Source: Micrococcaceae bacterium
Lineage (GTDB): Bacteria > Actinomycetota > Actinomycetes > Actinomycetales > Micrococcaceae
Reading direction: 5' to 3'
Assembly: GCA_047606545.1 (NCBI GenBank)
Contig: JASGEI010000014.1
Location: forward strand, 18,043 to 82,042
DNA length: 64,000 bases
Under the pieces are notes generated by a model. The model worked only from the letters and a program-made list of their open reading frames with translations, had not been told where the DNA came from and did no database searches. Shown piece by piece: positions 54,486-63,347 of this stretch (position 1 is its first letter; every line of letters starts with the position of its first letter). Made by a program: the position numbers and the translations under genes.

Positions 54486-54548
54486 TCAACTTTGATATGA
54501 TTATCGTATTATTTCTTTGTATTAATTAACTTTATTGTGTGAGGCAAA

Positions 54549-55616
54549 ATGAAAAAAAATATTAGAGTAGTAGCTTTATACCCTAAAGGACTACAAACTG
54601 GTGGCCCTGAAGCCTTTCATCAACTTGTTTCACAATTAAATACAGAAGGGGTTAGCGCATATTTAGCTGCTATCCCAGAAACTGAAAAAGAAACCCCTGT
54701 AAAACAATATGCAATCTATAACTGCCCAGAAATCAAATTTTCAGAAATAGAAGATACTGATATCATAATCTCACCCGAGTCTCGGAATTATATAAACTAC
54801 TTATTGGATATGAAAAATGAACATAAGTTTATTTGGTGGGTCAGTGTTAATTACTCTCCAACTTTCCCAAAATTACAAGTTGTAGATTCAATTCCGGTAT
54901 TATTGCGTTCAAATTTGAATCCTTTAAATCCAAAAGGTAAAGGTAATATATTAAGCATTGGCATGAAAGTTCTGAGGTGGCGTGCTAAAGATCCTAAAAA
55001 GTATCAAAACAAAATAAAAGAACATCCAGAAATAATGCACTTAATACAAACTGAATATTCACGTAATTGGGTTAAGAAGTGTTTCAATACTGAGGGTATC
55101 CCACTTATAGACTACAAGAATATGGTAGGGATAGATTCTAATGCTAATAAAAATAAAATGCAGATTGCTTATAGTGCCACTAAAGACCAGGGATTAGTCG
55201 AAAAACTCTTCCGAACCCTACCTGAATTTAATTTTATTGGCATTAAGGATATGAGTTATAAACAAGTCCAAAACACACTTAAAGAAAGTCAATATTTCTT
55301 AGACTTCGGACCACAACCAGGAAATGATGGTTTACCTCGTGAAGCTGCTCTTAACCAATGCCTAGTTGTTTTAGCAAACCGAGGCGCTGTAGCAGATAAC
55401 GATATTGATTTTCCAATAAATAATATTTGTAAAATTCCTTATGATAAAAATATTATTGCAAATACTACTAAACTGTTTAAAGATATAGCAGCTGATAAAA
55501 GTTATTACGAAAAGCTTTATACCTCACAAGCAACTTATCGAAATAAAGTTCAAAATGAAAAAGAAATTTTTAAAGAGCAAGTTAAATATCTAACTACAGT
55601 TTTCAATCAGCTCTAG
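54549..55616 (+). CDS. Hypothetical protein, possibly a divergent GT-B-fold glycosyltransferase
   Basis: N-terminal RVVALYPKGLQTGGPEAF and a C-terminal G..GLPREAA.. segment loosely resemble GT4 motifs. Very AT-rich. Weak call. Confidence 0.35.
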   Translation: MKKNIRVVALYPKGLQTGGPEAFHQLVSQLNTEGVSAYLAAIPETEKETPVKQYAIYNCPEIKFSEIEDTDIIISPESRNYINYLLDMKNEHKFIWWVSVNYSPTFPKLQVVDSIPVLLRSNLNPLNPKGKGNILSIGMKVLRWRAKDPKKYQNKIKEHPEIMHLIQTEYSRNWVKKCFNTEGIPLIDYKNMVGIDSNANKNKMQIAYSATKDQGLVEKLFRTLPEFNFIGIKDMSYKQVQNTLKESQYFLDFGPQPGNDGLPREAALNQCLVVLANRGAVADNDIDFPINNICKIPYDKNIIANTTKLFKDIAADKSYYEKLYTSQATYRNKVQNEKEIFKEQVKYLTTVFNQL

Positions 55617-55623
55617 TAAAACA

Positions 55624-56268
55624 CTACTGTAAGATAAATTCTGCTGGATCACTCTTAGGAATAGTACCTAACTGCACCACTAATTCATATTCGCCAGGTT
55701 GTGGCATCCCATCTGGCTCTTTACAACCAGCAGCTGAAAGTACTCGCGCCCAGTCCATGATGGCACTATCTGACTTACCGTTACCTATTAAAAGTTCGGT
55801 ATTTGTTGCTCCATCTTGGCAATCTTTAGAAGACCAAATCTGCTGGCCTCCTTTTTTCTTAATAATAAAAGTCTGCTGACTAGTTCCCACATTAAGCATG
55901 CATGACTTTTTACCTTTATTTTCAATATTCATTGTCAGCTTAGGTTCCATACCCGCTGAATAAACATCACGATCTGTTGCCGCAGAAACCTTAATATCAT
56001 CTGAATTACAAGTTGATGCGACTTCACCCGAATCATCATCTGTAGCTTGAGCTTGTTGTGAGTCAGCAGCGGTTAATGTAACTACACTTTGCGCTTGATC
56101 TTGAGCTGCATCTTTTGCTTTACTACGCTCAATAACTTTAATTATGCTCAACAACAATAATGAAACTATACCTACTGTTAATACTGTAACTAAAAACCGA
56201 CGACGTCGGTAAATCTCTGATTTACTGAACTGCTGTCTTGGTTGTTGCTGCATATGTGGAGAAGTCAT
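55624..56268 (-). CDS. Membrane-anchored extracytoplasmic protein with four Cys (DUF4232-like beta-sandwich?)
   Basis: Basic N-terminus, TM FLVTVLTVGIVSLLLLSIIKV, Q/A/D linker, then a C...C...C...C domain with a PGEYELVVQLG end. Confidence 0.5.
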   Translation of the reverse strand: MTSPHMQQQPRQQFSKSEIYRRRRFLVTVLTVGIVSLLLLSIIKVIERSKAKDAAQDQAQSVVTLTAADSQQAQATDDDSGEVASTCNSDDIKVSAATDRDVYSAGMEPKLTMNIENKGKKSCMLNVGTSQQTFIIKKKGGQQIWSSKDCQDGATNTELLIGNGKSDSAIMDWARVLSAAGCKEPDGMPQPGEYELVVQLGTIPKSDPAEFILQ

Positions 56269-56302
56269 AGCTATATTTTAAAGCTACAAACTGTGAATAA
56301 CG

Positions 56303-56350
56303 TAAAAGGCACTCCATAAGATAGGTACTAACCTTTTCGTATGGAGTGCC
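56303..56350 (-). terminator. Rho-independent terminator of clpC
   Basis: ggcactccata / tatggagtgcc 11-bp stem followed by tttt on the minus strand. Confidence 0.6.
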
Positions 56351-56367
56351 AGTTATATAACTATTCT

Positions 56368-58941
56368 TTAAAGCTCTGGCTCTTCGGCAGTAGTTTTTTC
56401 ACCATTGTCTGGGTTTTCAGCAACACCTGAAGTACCAGTTTCACCACTCTTACTACCAGTGAAAGAAAATTCTTTGTTTTCACCTTCTGTAACCACATCA
56501 ACTCGCACCGTTTCACCAGGTACTAACTCTTTGAACAAGATACGTTCAGCAAGTTGATCCTCAATATCACGCTGGATAACTCGACGTAGTGGACGAGCAC
56601 CCATTGATGGATCGTACCCACGTTCAGCCAATAACTCTTTTGCATCGTCAGAGAGTTCAATCTGAATATCCTGTGGAGTTAAACGCTTTTGCAATTTACC
56701 GACAAACATATCCACGATTTCACGGATTTCTTTACGGTTTAGCTGCGGGAATACAATTACTTCATCAACACGGTTAAGCATCTCTGGGCGGAAGTGCTCC
56801 TTCAATGCTGTTTGTACTTTACCTTTCATCAGGTCGTAACCTGTTTCTGGGTTTTCATCTTGTTGAAAACCAGTCTGTACACCACTAGAAGTAACAGCAG
56901 AACCTAGGTTAGTAGTCATAATGATTACAGTATTCCTAAAGTCTACTTCGCGCCCCTTACCATCTGTTAAGTGACCTTCTTCAAGGATTTGGAGCAAAGT
57001 GTTATAGACATCAGGATGGGCTTTTTCAACCTCATCAAATAGGACTACTGAGAATGGTTTACGGTGCACCTTTTCAGTTAATTGTCCGCCCTCTTCATAT
57101 CCAATATACCCAGGAGTAGAGCCAACTAGACGAGATACGGTATGTTTTTCACCGAATTCACTCATATCTAGCTGAATCAGTGCATCTTCGTCATCAAAAA
57201 GGAACTCAGCAAGTGCTTTTGCTAGCTCTGTCTTACCAACCCCAGTAGGACCTGCAAAGATAAATGAGCCATTTGGTCGCTTTGGATCTTTTAACCCAGC
57301 ACGAGTACGCCTAATTGACTGTGACAATGCTTTAACCGCACGTTCTTGCCCAACAACACGCTTGTGAAGTTCATCTTCCATCTTAAGCAGGCGAGTAGAT
57401 TCCTCTTCAGTAAGCTTGAATACTGGTACACCAGTTGATTGTGAAAGAACTTCCGCAATTACTTCTTCATCTACAGTAGAAATCGTATCTAACTCATTAT
57501 TCTTCCAAGCAGAATCCTTCGCATTACGCTCTTCAATCAGTTTCTGTTCTTTGTCACGAAGAGCCGCAGCTTTCTCGAATTCTTGCCCATCGATAGCGGA
57601 TTCTTTTGCCAAACGTACTTCTTCAATCTCACTGTCTAATTCTTTAACCTCGGGAGGTGAACTTAAACGCTGAATACGTAATCTAGCACCAGCTTCGTCA
57701 ATCAAGTCGATAGCCTTATCTGGCAAGAAACGATCATTAACATAACGACTAGAAAGGCTAACTGCAGCATGAATCGCACCATCGGTAATAGTTACTTTAT
57801 GGTGAGCCTCATAACGGTCACGTAGACCTTTCAAAATCTCAATAGCCTGCTCTGGGCTTGGCTCGTCGACTTGAATTGGTTGGAATCTACGCTCTAATGC
57901 ACCATCTTTTTCAACATATTTACGGTATTCTTCCAAAGTAGTGGCACCGATAATCTGGATTTCACCACGGGCCATCATCGGCTTTAGCATCGAAGCTGCA
58001 TCCACTGAACCTTCAGTAGTAGAGCCTGCACCAACTAATGAGTGAATCTCATCAATGAATAAAATAATGTCACCACGAGTCTGGATTTCTTTAAGAACTT
58101 TCTTTAAACGTTCCTCAAAGTCACCACGATACCTAGAACCAGCAATAACTGCACCCAAATCAAGAGTATATAGATGCTTATCTTTCAAAGTATCTGGAAC
58201 CCGACCAGCAGCAATGTCTTGGGCAAGACCCTCAACCACAGCAGTCTTACCAACGCCTGGTTCACCTGTCATCACTGGATTATTTTTGGTACGACGTGAA
58301 AGCACCTGCATCATGCGTTCTACTTCTTTTTCACGACCAATTACTGGATCTAACTTATTCTCACGAGCTGCAGCAGTTAAGTTACGACCAAACTGGTCAA
58401 GCACAGTAGAACCTGATGCAGTACCACGAGCCCTACCACCAATACCAGCGCCAGCCCCAACAGTATCATTGCTTGAGCTTGAATCTGAACTTTGAACTGA
58501 ACCTTGGAAACCGTTACGCAAGTTAATTACCTGATGCCTAACCTCAGAAAGATCAGCACCTAGTTTCACCAGAATCTGTGAAGCCATAACTTCTGGCTCA
58601 CGAATTAACCCAAGCAACAAGTGCTCAGTGCCGATGTGGTTATCACCAAGCTGCAATGCTTCACGCATCGAGCTTTCCAAAACTTTCTTTGCACGAGGTG
58701 TAAATGGAATGTGCTCTTGTGGCACTACATCACTTGGACCAATAGCATCATTAACTTCTTCACGAACTTTTTCTAGTGTGATACCAAGCTCTTTAAGCGC
58801 TTTTGCACCAATTCCTTCACCTTCATGGATTACTCCAAGTAGCATGTGCTCAGTGCCAATGTAATTATGGTTAAGCAAACGTGCTTCTTCCTTAGCCAAC
58901 ACCAAACATCTACGGGCTCTGTCAGTAAATCTTTCGAACAT
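56368..58941 (-). CDS. clpC: ATP-dependent Clp protease ATP-binding subunit ClpC
   Basis: Two Clp_N repeats, two AAA+ modules ([16 protein letters not shown]), UVR-like linker; 857 aa. Confidence 0.97.
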   Translation of the reverse strand: MFERFTDRARRCLVLAKEEARLLNHNYIGTEHMLLGVIHEGEGIGAKALKELGITLEKVREEVNDAIGPSDVVPQEHIPFTPRAKKVLESSMREALQLGDNHIGTEHLLLGLIREPEVMASQILVKLGADLSEVRHQVINLRNGFQGSVQSSDSSSSNDTVGAGAGIGGRARGTASGSTVLDQFGRNLTAAARENKLDPVIGREKEVERMMQVLSRRTKNNPVMTGEPGVGKTAVVEGLAQDIAAGRVPDTLKDKHLYTLDLGAVIAGSRYRGDFEERLKKVLKEIQTRGDIILFIDEIHSLVGAGSTTEGSVDAASMLKPMMARGEIQIIGATTLEEYRKYVEKDGALERRFQPIQVDEPSPEQAIEILKGLRDRYEAHHKVTITDGAIHAAVSLSSRYVNDRFLPDKAIDLIDEAGARLRIQRLSSPPEVKELDSEIEEVRLAKESAIDGQEFEKAAALRDKEQKLIEERNAKDSAWKNNELDTISTVDEEVIAEVLSQSTGVPVFKLTEEESTRLLKMEDELHKRVVGQERAVKALSQSIRRTRAGLKDPKRPNGSFIFAGPTGVGKTELAKALAEFLFDDEDALIQLDMSEFGEKHTVSRLVGSTPGYIGYEEGGQLTEKVHRKPFSVVLFDEVEKAHPDVYNTLLQILEEGHLTDGKGREVDFRNTVIIMTTNLGSAVTSSGVQTGFQQDENPETGYDLMKGKVQTALKEHFRPEMLNRVDEVIVFPQLNRKEIREIVDMFVGKLQKRLTPQDIQIELSDDAKELLAERGYDPSMGARPLRRVIQRDIEDQLAERILFKELVPGETVRVDVVTEGENKEFSFTGSKSGETGTSGVAENPDNGEKTTAEEPEL

Positions 58942-59058
58942 TCAATCTTCCCCTTGCACTTTGCATACGAAAATCTCTATGTTTCAAACTGTACTTGGTA
59001 TTACCGACAAAATACATACAAAAGTACAATTGTTCGCTATGGGCGTGGAAAATAAAAA

Positions 59059-60576
59059 TTATTTTTCAGGGCGAATAAATGGGAATAGAATAGTCTCTCG
59101 GATGCCGAAACCAGTAAGTGCCATCAATAATCGGTCAACTCCCATACCCATACCACCAGTTGGTGGCATGCCGTGTTCCATAGCTTTCAAGAAATCCTCA
59201 TCAATTACCATAGCTTCGTCATCACCTTGAGAAGCAAGTTTTGCTTGTTCTTTGAAACGTTCCCGCTGGATTACTGGATCAACTAATTCAGAATAGCCAG
59301 TACCTAGTTCAAAACCACGAACATATAGGTCCCATTTTTCTACGATACCTGGCTTTTCGCGGTGTTCACGTACCAGTGGTGAAGTTTCAACTGGGAAATC
59401 ATAGACAAAAGTAGGACCTTTTAAGTCATTACCAATTGTCTCTTCCCAAATCTCTTCCACTAATTTACCGTGGCCACGAAAAACACCTTTAATGTCTACT
59501 TCAAGCTTTTCTGCCAATTTTTCTAGCTCTGCAACGGTCGTCTCTGGGGTAATTTTTTCGCCAGCATGTTCAGAAAGTGAGTCATATAACGATAACCATT
59601 CCCAGTCGCCACCAAAATCATACTTCGTACCATCGGCAAGGGTAACTTTGGTGTCTCCTGCAACTGCAAGAGCGGCATTTTGCACCATTGTTTGCGTTAA
59701 AGCTGCAATTGATTTGTAATCGCCATAAGCTTCATAAACTTCCAAAGCGGCAAATTCTGGAGAGTGGGTAGAATCTGCGCCTTCATTACGGAAGTTACGA
59801 TTAATCTCATAAACTCGATCAATACCTCCCACAGCAGCTTTCTTTAGATAAAGCTCTGGTGCAATACGCAAAAACAAGTCCGTATCATACGCATTGATGT
59901 GTGTAGTAAATGGTGTAGCTGCAGCACCACCATGAATCGGATGCAACATCGGAGTTTCTATCTCGATAAAATCATCCCTATCGAGAGTATCCCGCAAGCT
60001 CTTTAGTACTTTGGCACGAGTTTTTACCATGTCTCGAGCTTCTTCACGCACAATCAAGTCAACGTAACGCTGACGAACACGAGTTTCCTCATTAAGATCT
60101 TTGTGCAAAGTAGGCAATGGACGAATTGCTTTTGAAGCTAACTGCCATTTATCAGCCATCACTGATAGCTCACCACGTTTAGAGCTAATTACCTCACCAG
60201 TAATTGAGACAATATCACCTAAATCAACATCTGACTTCCAAGCAGCGAGCTCCTCTTTCCCAACTGCTTTTTGACTAAGCATTGCTTGTAGGCGTGTGCC
60301 GTCACCCTCTTGTAAAGTAGCAAAACATAGTCGACCAGTATTACGTACGAAAACTACACGACCAGTGACACTAACTACATCACCAGTAGTGTCTTCGGCT
60401 TCCAGATGATCATACTTCTTGCGTATCTCTTTTAAAGTATGGGTACGAGGCACACTTACTGGGTAGGCCTCTTGACTATTATCTAAATACTTCTGACGTT
60501 TCTCCTTACGGATTTTAATCTGCTCAGGAGTATCGTCTTCAATTTTTACTGGATTTTGTGATGTAGATTTACTCAT
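59059..60576 (-). CDS. lysS: Lysine--tRNA ligase (class II)
   Basis: OB-fold N-domain plus class II motifs (FRNEG, GGxGxGxDRL); 505 aa. Confidence 0.96.
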   Translation of the reverse strand: MSKSTSQNPVKIEDDTPEQIKIRKEKRQKYLDNSQEAYPVSVPRTHTLKEIRKKYDHLEAEDTTGDVVSVTGRVVFVRNTGRLCFATLQEGDGTRLQAMLSQKAVGKEELAAWKSDVDLGDIVSITGEVISSKRGELSVMADKWQLASKAIRPLPTLHKDLNEETRVRQRYVDLIVREEARDMVKTRAKVLKSLRDTLDRDDFIEIETPMLHPIHGGAAATPFTTHINAYDTDLFLRIAPELYLKKAAVGGIDRVYEINRNFRNEGADSTHSPEFAALEVYEAYGDYKSIAALTQTMVQNAALAVAGDTKVTLADGTKYDFGGDWEWLSLYDSLSEHAGEKITPETTVAELEKLAEKLEVDIKGVFRGHGKLVEEIWEETIGNDLKGPTFVYDFPVETSPLVREHREKPGIVEKWDLYVRGFELGTGYSELVDPVIQRERFKEQAKLASQGDDEAMVIDEDFLKAMEHGMPPTGGMGMGVDRLLMALTGFGIRETILFPFIRPEK

Positions 60577-60744
60577 TTGTCTAGTCTAGCAAAAATCACC
60601 TAGTTGGATACGGTATTTAACCGCTAAATTACTCTAATCTCCGACAGTTTCCCCAGCCAATACTTCTACAGGTAATGTGTATTGTGCTTTCAGTGACTTC
60701 TCTGGATATTCTATTAATTTGATAAGCAAAAGATACTGCCAAGC

Positions 60745-60762
60745 ATGTTTCACGTGAAACAT
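60745..60762. promoter_or_regulatory. Perfect 18-bp palindrome (candidate operator) upstream of lysS
   Basis: atgtttcac|gtgaaacat, 170 nt upstream of the lysS start. Confidence 0.3.
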
Positions 60763-60800
60763 CAATTGGTGAAATTGAGAAGTAGCTTAGGTCATAAGTA

Positions 60801-60861
60801 AGGTATACATTTTTATAGTTTCTTTACAAAATTTCGTGTGGAATTAAGAAAAATGTATACC
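60801..60861. repeat. Left 61-bp inverted repeat flanking the DUF559 gene
   Basis: aggtatacatttttatagtttctttacaaaatttcgtgtggaattaagaaaaatgtatacc matches the reverse complement of 61895-61955 at 57 of 61 positions. Its own ends, ggtatacattttt and aaaaatgtatacc, are mutually complementary. Confidence 0.9.
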
Positions 60862-60874
60862 CTAAACTTATTTA

Positions 60875-61834
60875 CTAGCAATTCAAAGCCATCTGCCTTG
60901 TAATAATTGTTTTCGATAATGCTGGCACGTAACTAACTAGTTTTGAAAGTAAATCCAAAGGATTGTGTATAGTTTTCCAATCAAGATGCACTATATTATA
61001 TCCATTAGCGATAACTTTTGCATCGCGATCTCGTTCGTGATCAATTTGTTTCTTAGCATCACCATATTTTCCATAGTATTTTTCATTTCCGTCAAATTCT
61101 ATAATCAAGTTAGCAGCAGGAAAATAAAAATCTGTACGATATTTTGAACCAGAGACATTTACACAATATTGCATTTTAAGAGTAGTTAAACCAATTTTTG
61201 CTAATGCAATTCTGCATAGAGTTTCACCTGGAGATTCAGCTTTAGGAGTGCAATTACTTATAATTTTCTGAATTCGGCTCGTAGCGTTACATGTTTTGAA
61301 GCTACCAAAACGCTCTTGGAGTTGTGTTTTTGTAATTTTGTATTTTCGGCAAGCACTATCAGCAACGCATAACGCTATTTCATAACTGCATTCTCTGGCA
61401 CAATCTAATACTGTATCAATTACGTCAGTATGAACAATAGTAGAGGTGGTAACTGTATTGCATTTTTGTAAGTAATGATGGAATTTTACTAGGTTATTTC
61501 TAGAATTTTTCTTATGTGTGACCCTGAAATGCATTGTATTTTGATAATAAGGAACGCTTAAATTGAGAATATAAGCTGCAGATATATGGCTAATAATCGG
61601 ATCTTTTAACGTGGTGACAACAGCTAAGAGTTTTACCAAGTACTTTTCATAGACATTTAGTTGGGCATAAACATCTTTTGCGATGTATCTTCCCGCATGC
61701 AATTTTGTCATTTTTCCAGCATTTATTTCTTTGTAAAGGCTATTATTAGAAAAATTACTTTCAGGAAAATTCTGTGAGCTGACGATGTGGCTAGCTAAAA
61801 AAGATAATTGTTCTGTAGACATAATAACAATCAT
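60875..61834 (-). CDS. AbiEi-like N-terminal domain / DUF559 (Vsr-like PD-(D/E)XK endonuclease fold) protein
   Basis: The C-terminus RTDFYFPAANLIIEFDGNEKYYG...ERDRDAKVIANGYNIVHL fits the DUF559 pattern. The N-terminal half has IISHISAAYILNL, typical of AbiEi_4-type domains. The start may be M1 (61834) or M5 (61822). Confidence 0.65.
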   Translation of the reverse strand: MIVIMSTEQLSFLASHIVSSQNFPESNFSNNSLYKEINAGKMTKLHAGRYIAKDVYAQLNVYEKYLVKLLAVVTTLKDPIISHISAAYILNLSVPYYQNTMHFRVTHKKNSRNNLVKFHHYLQKCNTVTTSTIVHTDVIDTVLDCARECSYEIALCVADSACRKYKITKTQLQERFGSFKTCNATSRIQKIISNCTPKAESPGETLCRIALAKIGLTTLKMQYCVNVSGSKYRTDFYFPAANLIIEFDGNEKYYGKYGDAKKQIDHERDRDAKVIANGYNIVHLDWKTIHNPLDLLSKLVSYVPALSKTIITRQMALNC

Positions 61835-61894
61835 GCAGCAAGCCAGATAAATTAGCTAATAGAGAATGTTCCTTATGTGGATAACTAACTTCAA

Positions 61895-61955
61895 GGCATA
61901 CATTTTTCTTAATTCTACACAAAATTTCGTAAAGAAACTATAAAAATGTATACCT
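61895..61955. repeat. Right 61-bp inverted repeat flanking the DUF559 gene
   Basis: ggcatacatttttcttaattctacacaaaatttcgtaaagaaactataaaaatgtatacct. Confidence 0.9.
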
Positions 61956-61974
61956 CGGGATTTTAGGGTTTATG

Positions 61975-62859
61975 TTAAAAACCTTTTTGAGGACTACTTA
62001 GCAGAGCCCGCATCTTATTCAATGTTGCTTTAGGTATTTTGTTCGAATAGCTGTGTTCTAGTTGATTTATAGTAGCAAGACCTAAGGCTTTATAACTTGC
62101 CAACATTGGGTCGTTTTTCAAAGTTGTAATGTGCGAAGCTACTCCTTGTACATCGCCAGCAACGATTAACCCATTTAAGCTAGACATGCCAGTAGTAAGC
62201 GCATTGTCTAAACTACTAGTTAACAATGGCGCAAGGAAGGCATTTACATTATCAACACCGACTTTTTCTAAAGTATTTCGTGCTTGGTTAACGACCATAG
62301 CTAAATTGTTAGAAGCATGGGTAAGAGCAGCATGGTATAACGAACGTTTATTCTCTTCAATAATTACTGGTGCTCCACCCATTTCAATAACGAGTGCCTG
62401 CGCAATTGGTAGCACATTATTAGGAGCAGTTATTGCAAACCCACAGCCTACCAACTTACCAATATCTAAACTCGTTCCCGTGAAATTCATCGCTGGATGG
62501 ATAGCCATCCCAATAGCTCCCAGCGCAATAGCTGGCGCAAATACACTAACTCCAAATCGCCCTGAAGTATGTACTAATAACTGTCCTGGTTTCCACAAGC
62601 CTAACTTGGAAATACCAGAAATCATCTCCGGTAATACATCATCAGGAATTGCTAAGAATACTAGGTCAGATTCAGCAATTACTTCTTCAATTTCCATGAC
62701 TGAGACTCCAGGCACCATAACTGCCACCCGCTCGCAACTCTCTTCTGAGCTCGTATACATACCCACAACTTTGTGACCAGCCGCACGTAGAACTGCAGCT
62801 AAAATGACACCGACTTTACCGGCACCAATAAAACCAATCTTTAAACGTGGTGGTGTCAT
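61975..62859 (-). CDS. Rossmann-fold / DUF2520 domain protein (oxidoreductase-like)
   Basis: IGFIGAGKVG dinucleotide-binding motif. Its position next to DUF3180 and folK mirrors my recollection of M. tuberculosis Rv3603c. Confidence 0.65.
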   Translation of the reverse strand: MTPPRLKIGFIGAGKVGVILAAVLRAAGHKVVGMYTSSEESCERVAVMVPGVSVMEIEEVIAESDLVFLAIPDDVLPEMISGISKLGLWKPGQLLVHTSGRFGVSVFAPAIALGAIGMAIHPAMNFTGTSLDIGKLVGCGFAITAPNNVLPIAQALVIEMGGAPVIIEENKRSLYHAALTHASNNLAMVVNQARNTLEKVGVDNVNAFLAPLLTSSLDNALTTGMSSLNGLIVAGDVQGVASHITTLKNDPMLASYKALGLATINQLEHSYSNKIPKATLNKMRALLSSPQKGF

Positions 62860-63347
62860 TTTTCCTCGTCTTTAATCATGCCCCATTTTTGGATAAAACT
62901 ACTTAAAATCCATAATAGTATGTTTATTGCGATAGTTATTAAACATAAAAAGAACGGTGTGTGTACTGGTCGTTCTGACCAGGATGGTAATAAGTAGAAT
63001 AACACCCCTACATGCCATCCCACAAAAATACTTGAAATAACTATGCCAGCTTGAGCAAGCGCAATAGTGCGACTTGCAATATAGGGATTTAATGGCTCTT
63101 TGCGTTTACCAACATGCCATTGGTAAATAGGATAACTTAAGATTGCCAGTACCAAGATAATCAATGAATTTGTTATTAAAGCCCAATTAGAAAAATAGGG
63201 TAATACCAAAGAATGGGTATCACAAAAAATAACAGCTAACCAACCTAACAATGTAGCACCTACAGCTATCTGTATAGACCTTACTGGTGTAAGTGCCGGC
63301 ATACTAGGTTTATTCGCCACGATAGACTTCAATCTCATCAATACCAA
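62856..63347 (-). CDS. DUF3180-family integral membrane protein
   Basis: Four TM segments immediately downstream of folK. Start uncertain: 63347, 63338, or 63302, which would avoid the overlap with folK. Confidence 0.6.
   Translation of the reverse strand: MVLMRLKSIVANKPSMPALTPVRSIQIAVGATLLGWLAVIFCDTHSLVLPYFSNWALITNSLIILVLAILSYPIYQWHVGKRKEPLNPYIASRTIALAQAGIVISSIFVGWHVGVLFYLLPSWSERPVHTPFFLCLITIAINILLWILSSFIQKWGMIKDEEK

Larger units (their letters stand above)
60801..61955 (-). mobile_element. Candidate inverted-repeat-bounded cassette carrying one DUF559/AbiEi-like gene
   Basis: 61-bp terminal inverted repeats lie 14 nt and 61 nt from the ORF ends. AT-rich. It occupies the slot where panC, panD and coaX sit in mycobacterial synteny. 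No target-site duplication or recombinase was seen. Confidence 0.35.

Noticed and set aside
54552-54559. A8 run immediately after the ATG of the 54549 gene as a possible translational phase-variation tract
   Set aside because: A/T homopolymers of this length are expected by chance in DNA this AT-rich (several T7-T8 runs occur elsewhere), unlike the isolated G9/C9 tract. It simply encodes KKN.
58942-59058. Expected lsr2 gene between clpC and lysS, as in mycobacterial synteny
   Set aside because: Only 117 nt are present with no ORF. The absence is noted in the summary, but there is nothing to annotate.
60577-60800. T-box or other leader upstream of lysS
   Set aside because: There is no T-box consensus (GGTGGTACCGCG-like) on the transcribed strand and no terminator/antiterminator pair. 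Only the 18-bp palindrome, reported separately, stands out.
60790-61965. Target-site duplication flanking the 61-bp inverted repeats
   Set aside because: The outer flanks (…gtcataagta | … | cgggatttta…) share no direct repeat of 3 nt or more at the junctions. An 8-mer accctaaa similarity involves an inner and an outer flank and is probably chance. Mobility therefore remains unproven.
62129-62776. 215-aa plus-strand ORF
   Set aside because: It lies entirely antisense to the DUF2520/Rossmann gene, which has a clear GxGxxG motif and syntenic support. There is no RBS and no recognisable motif.
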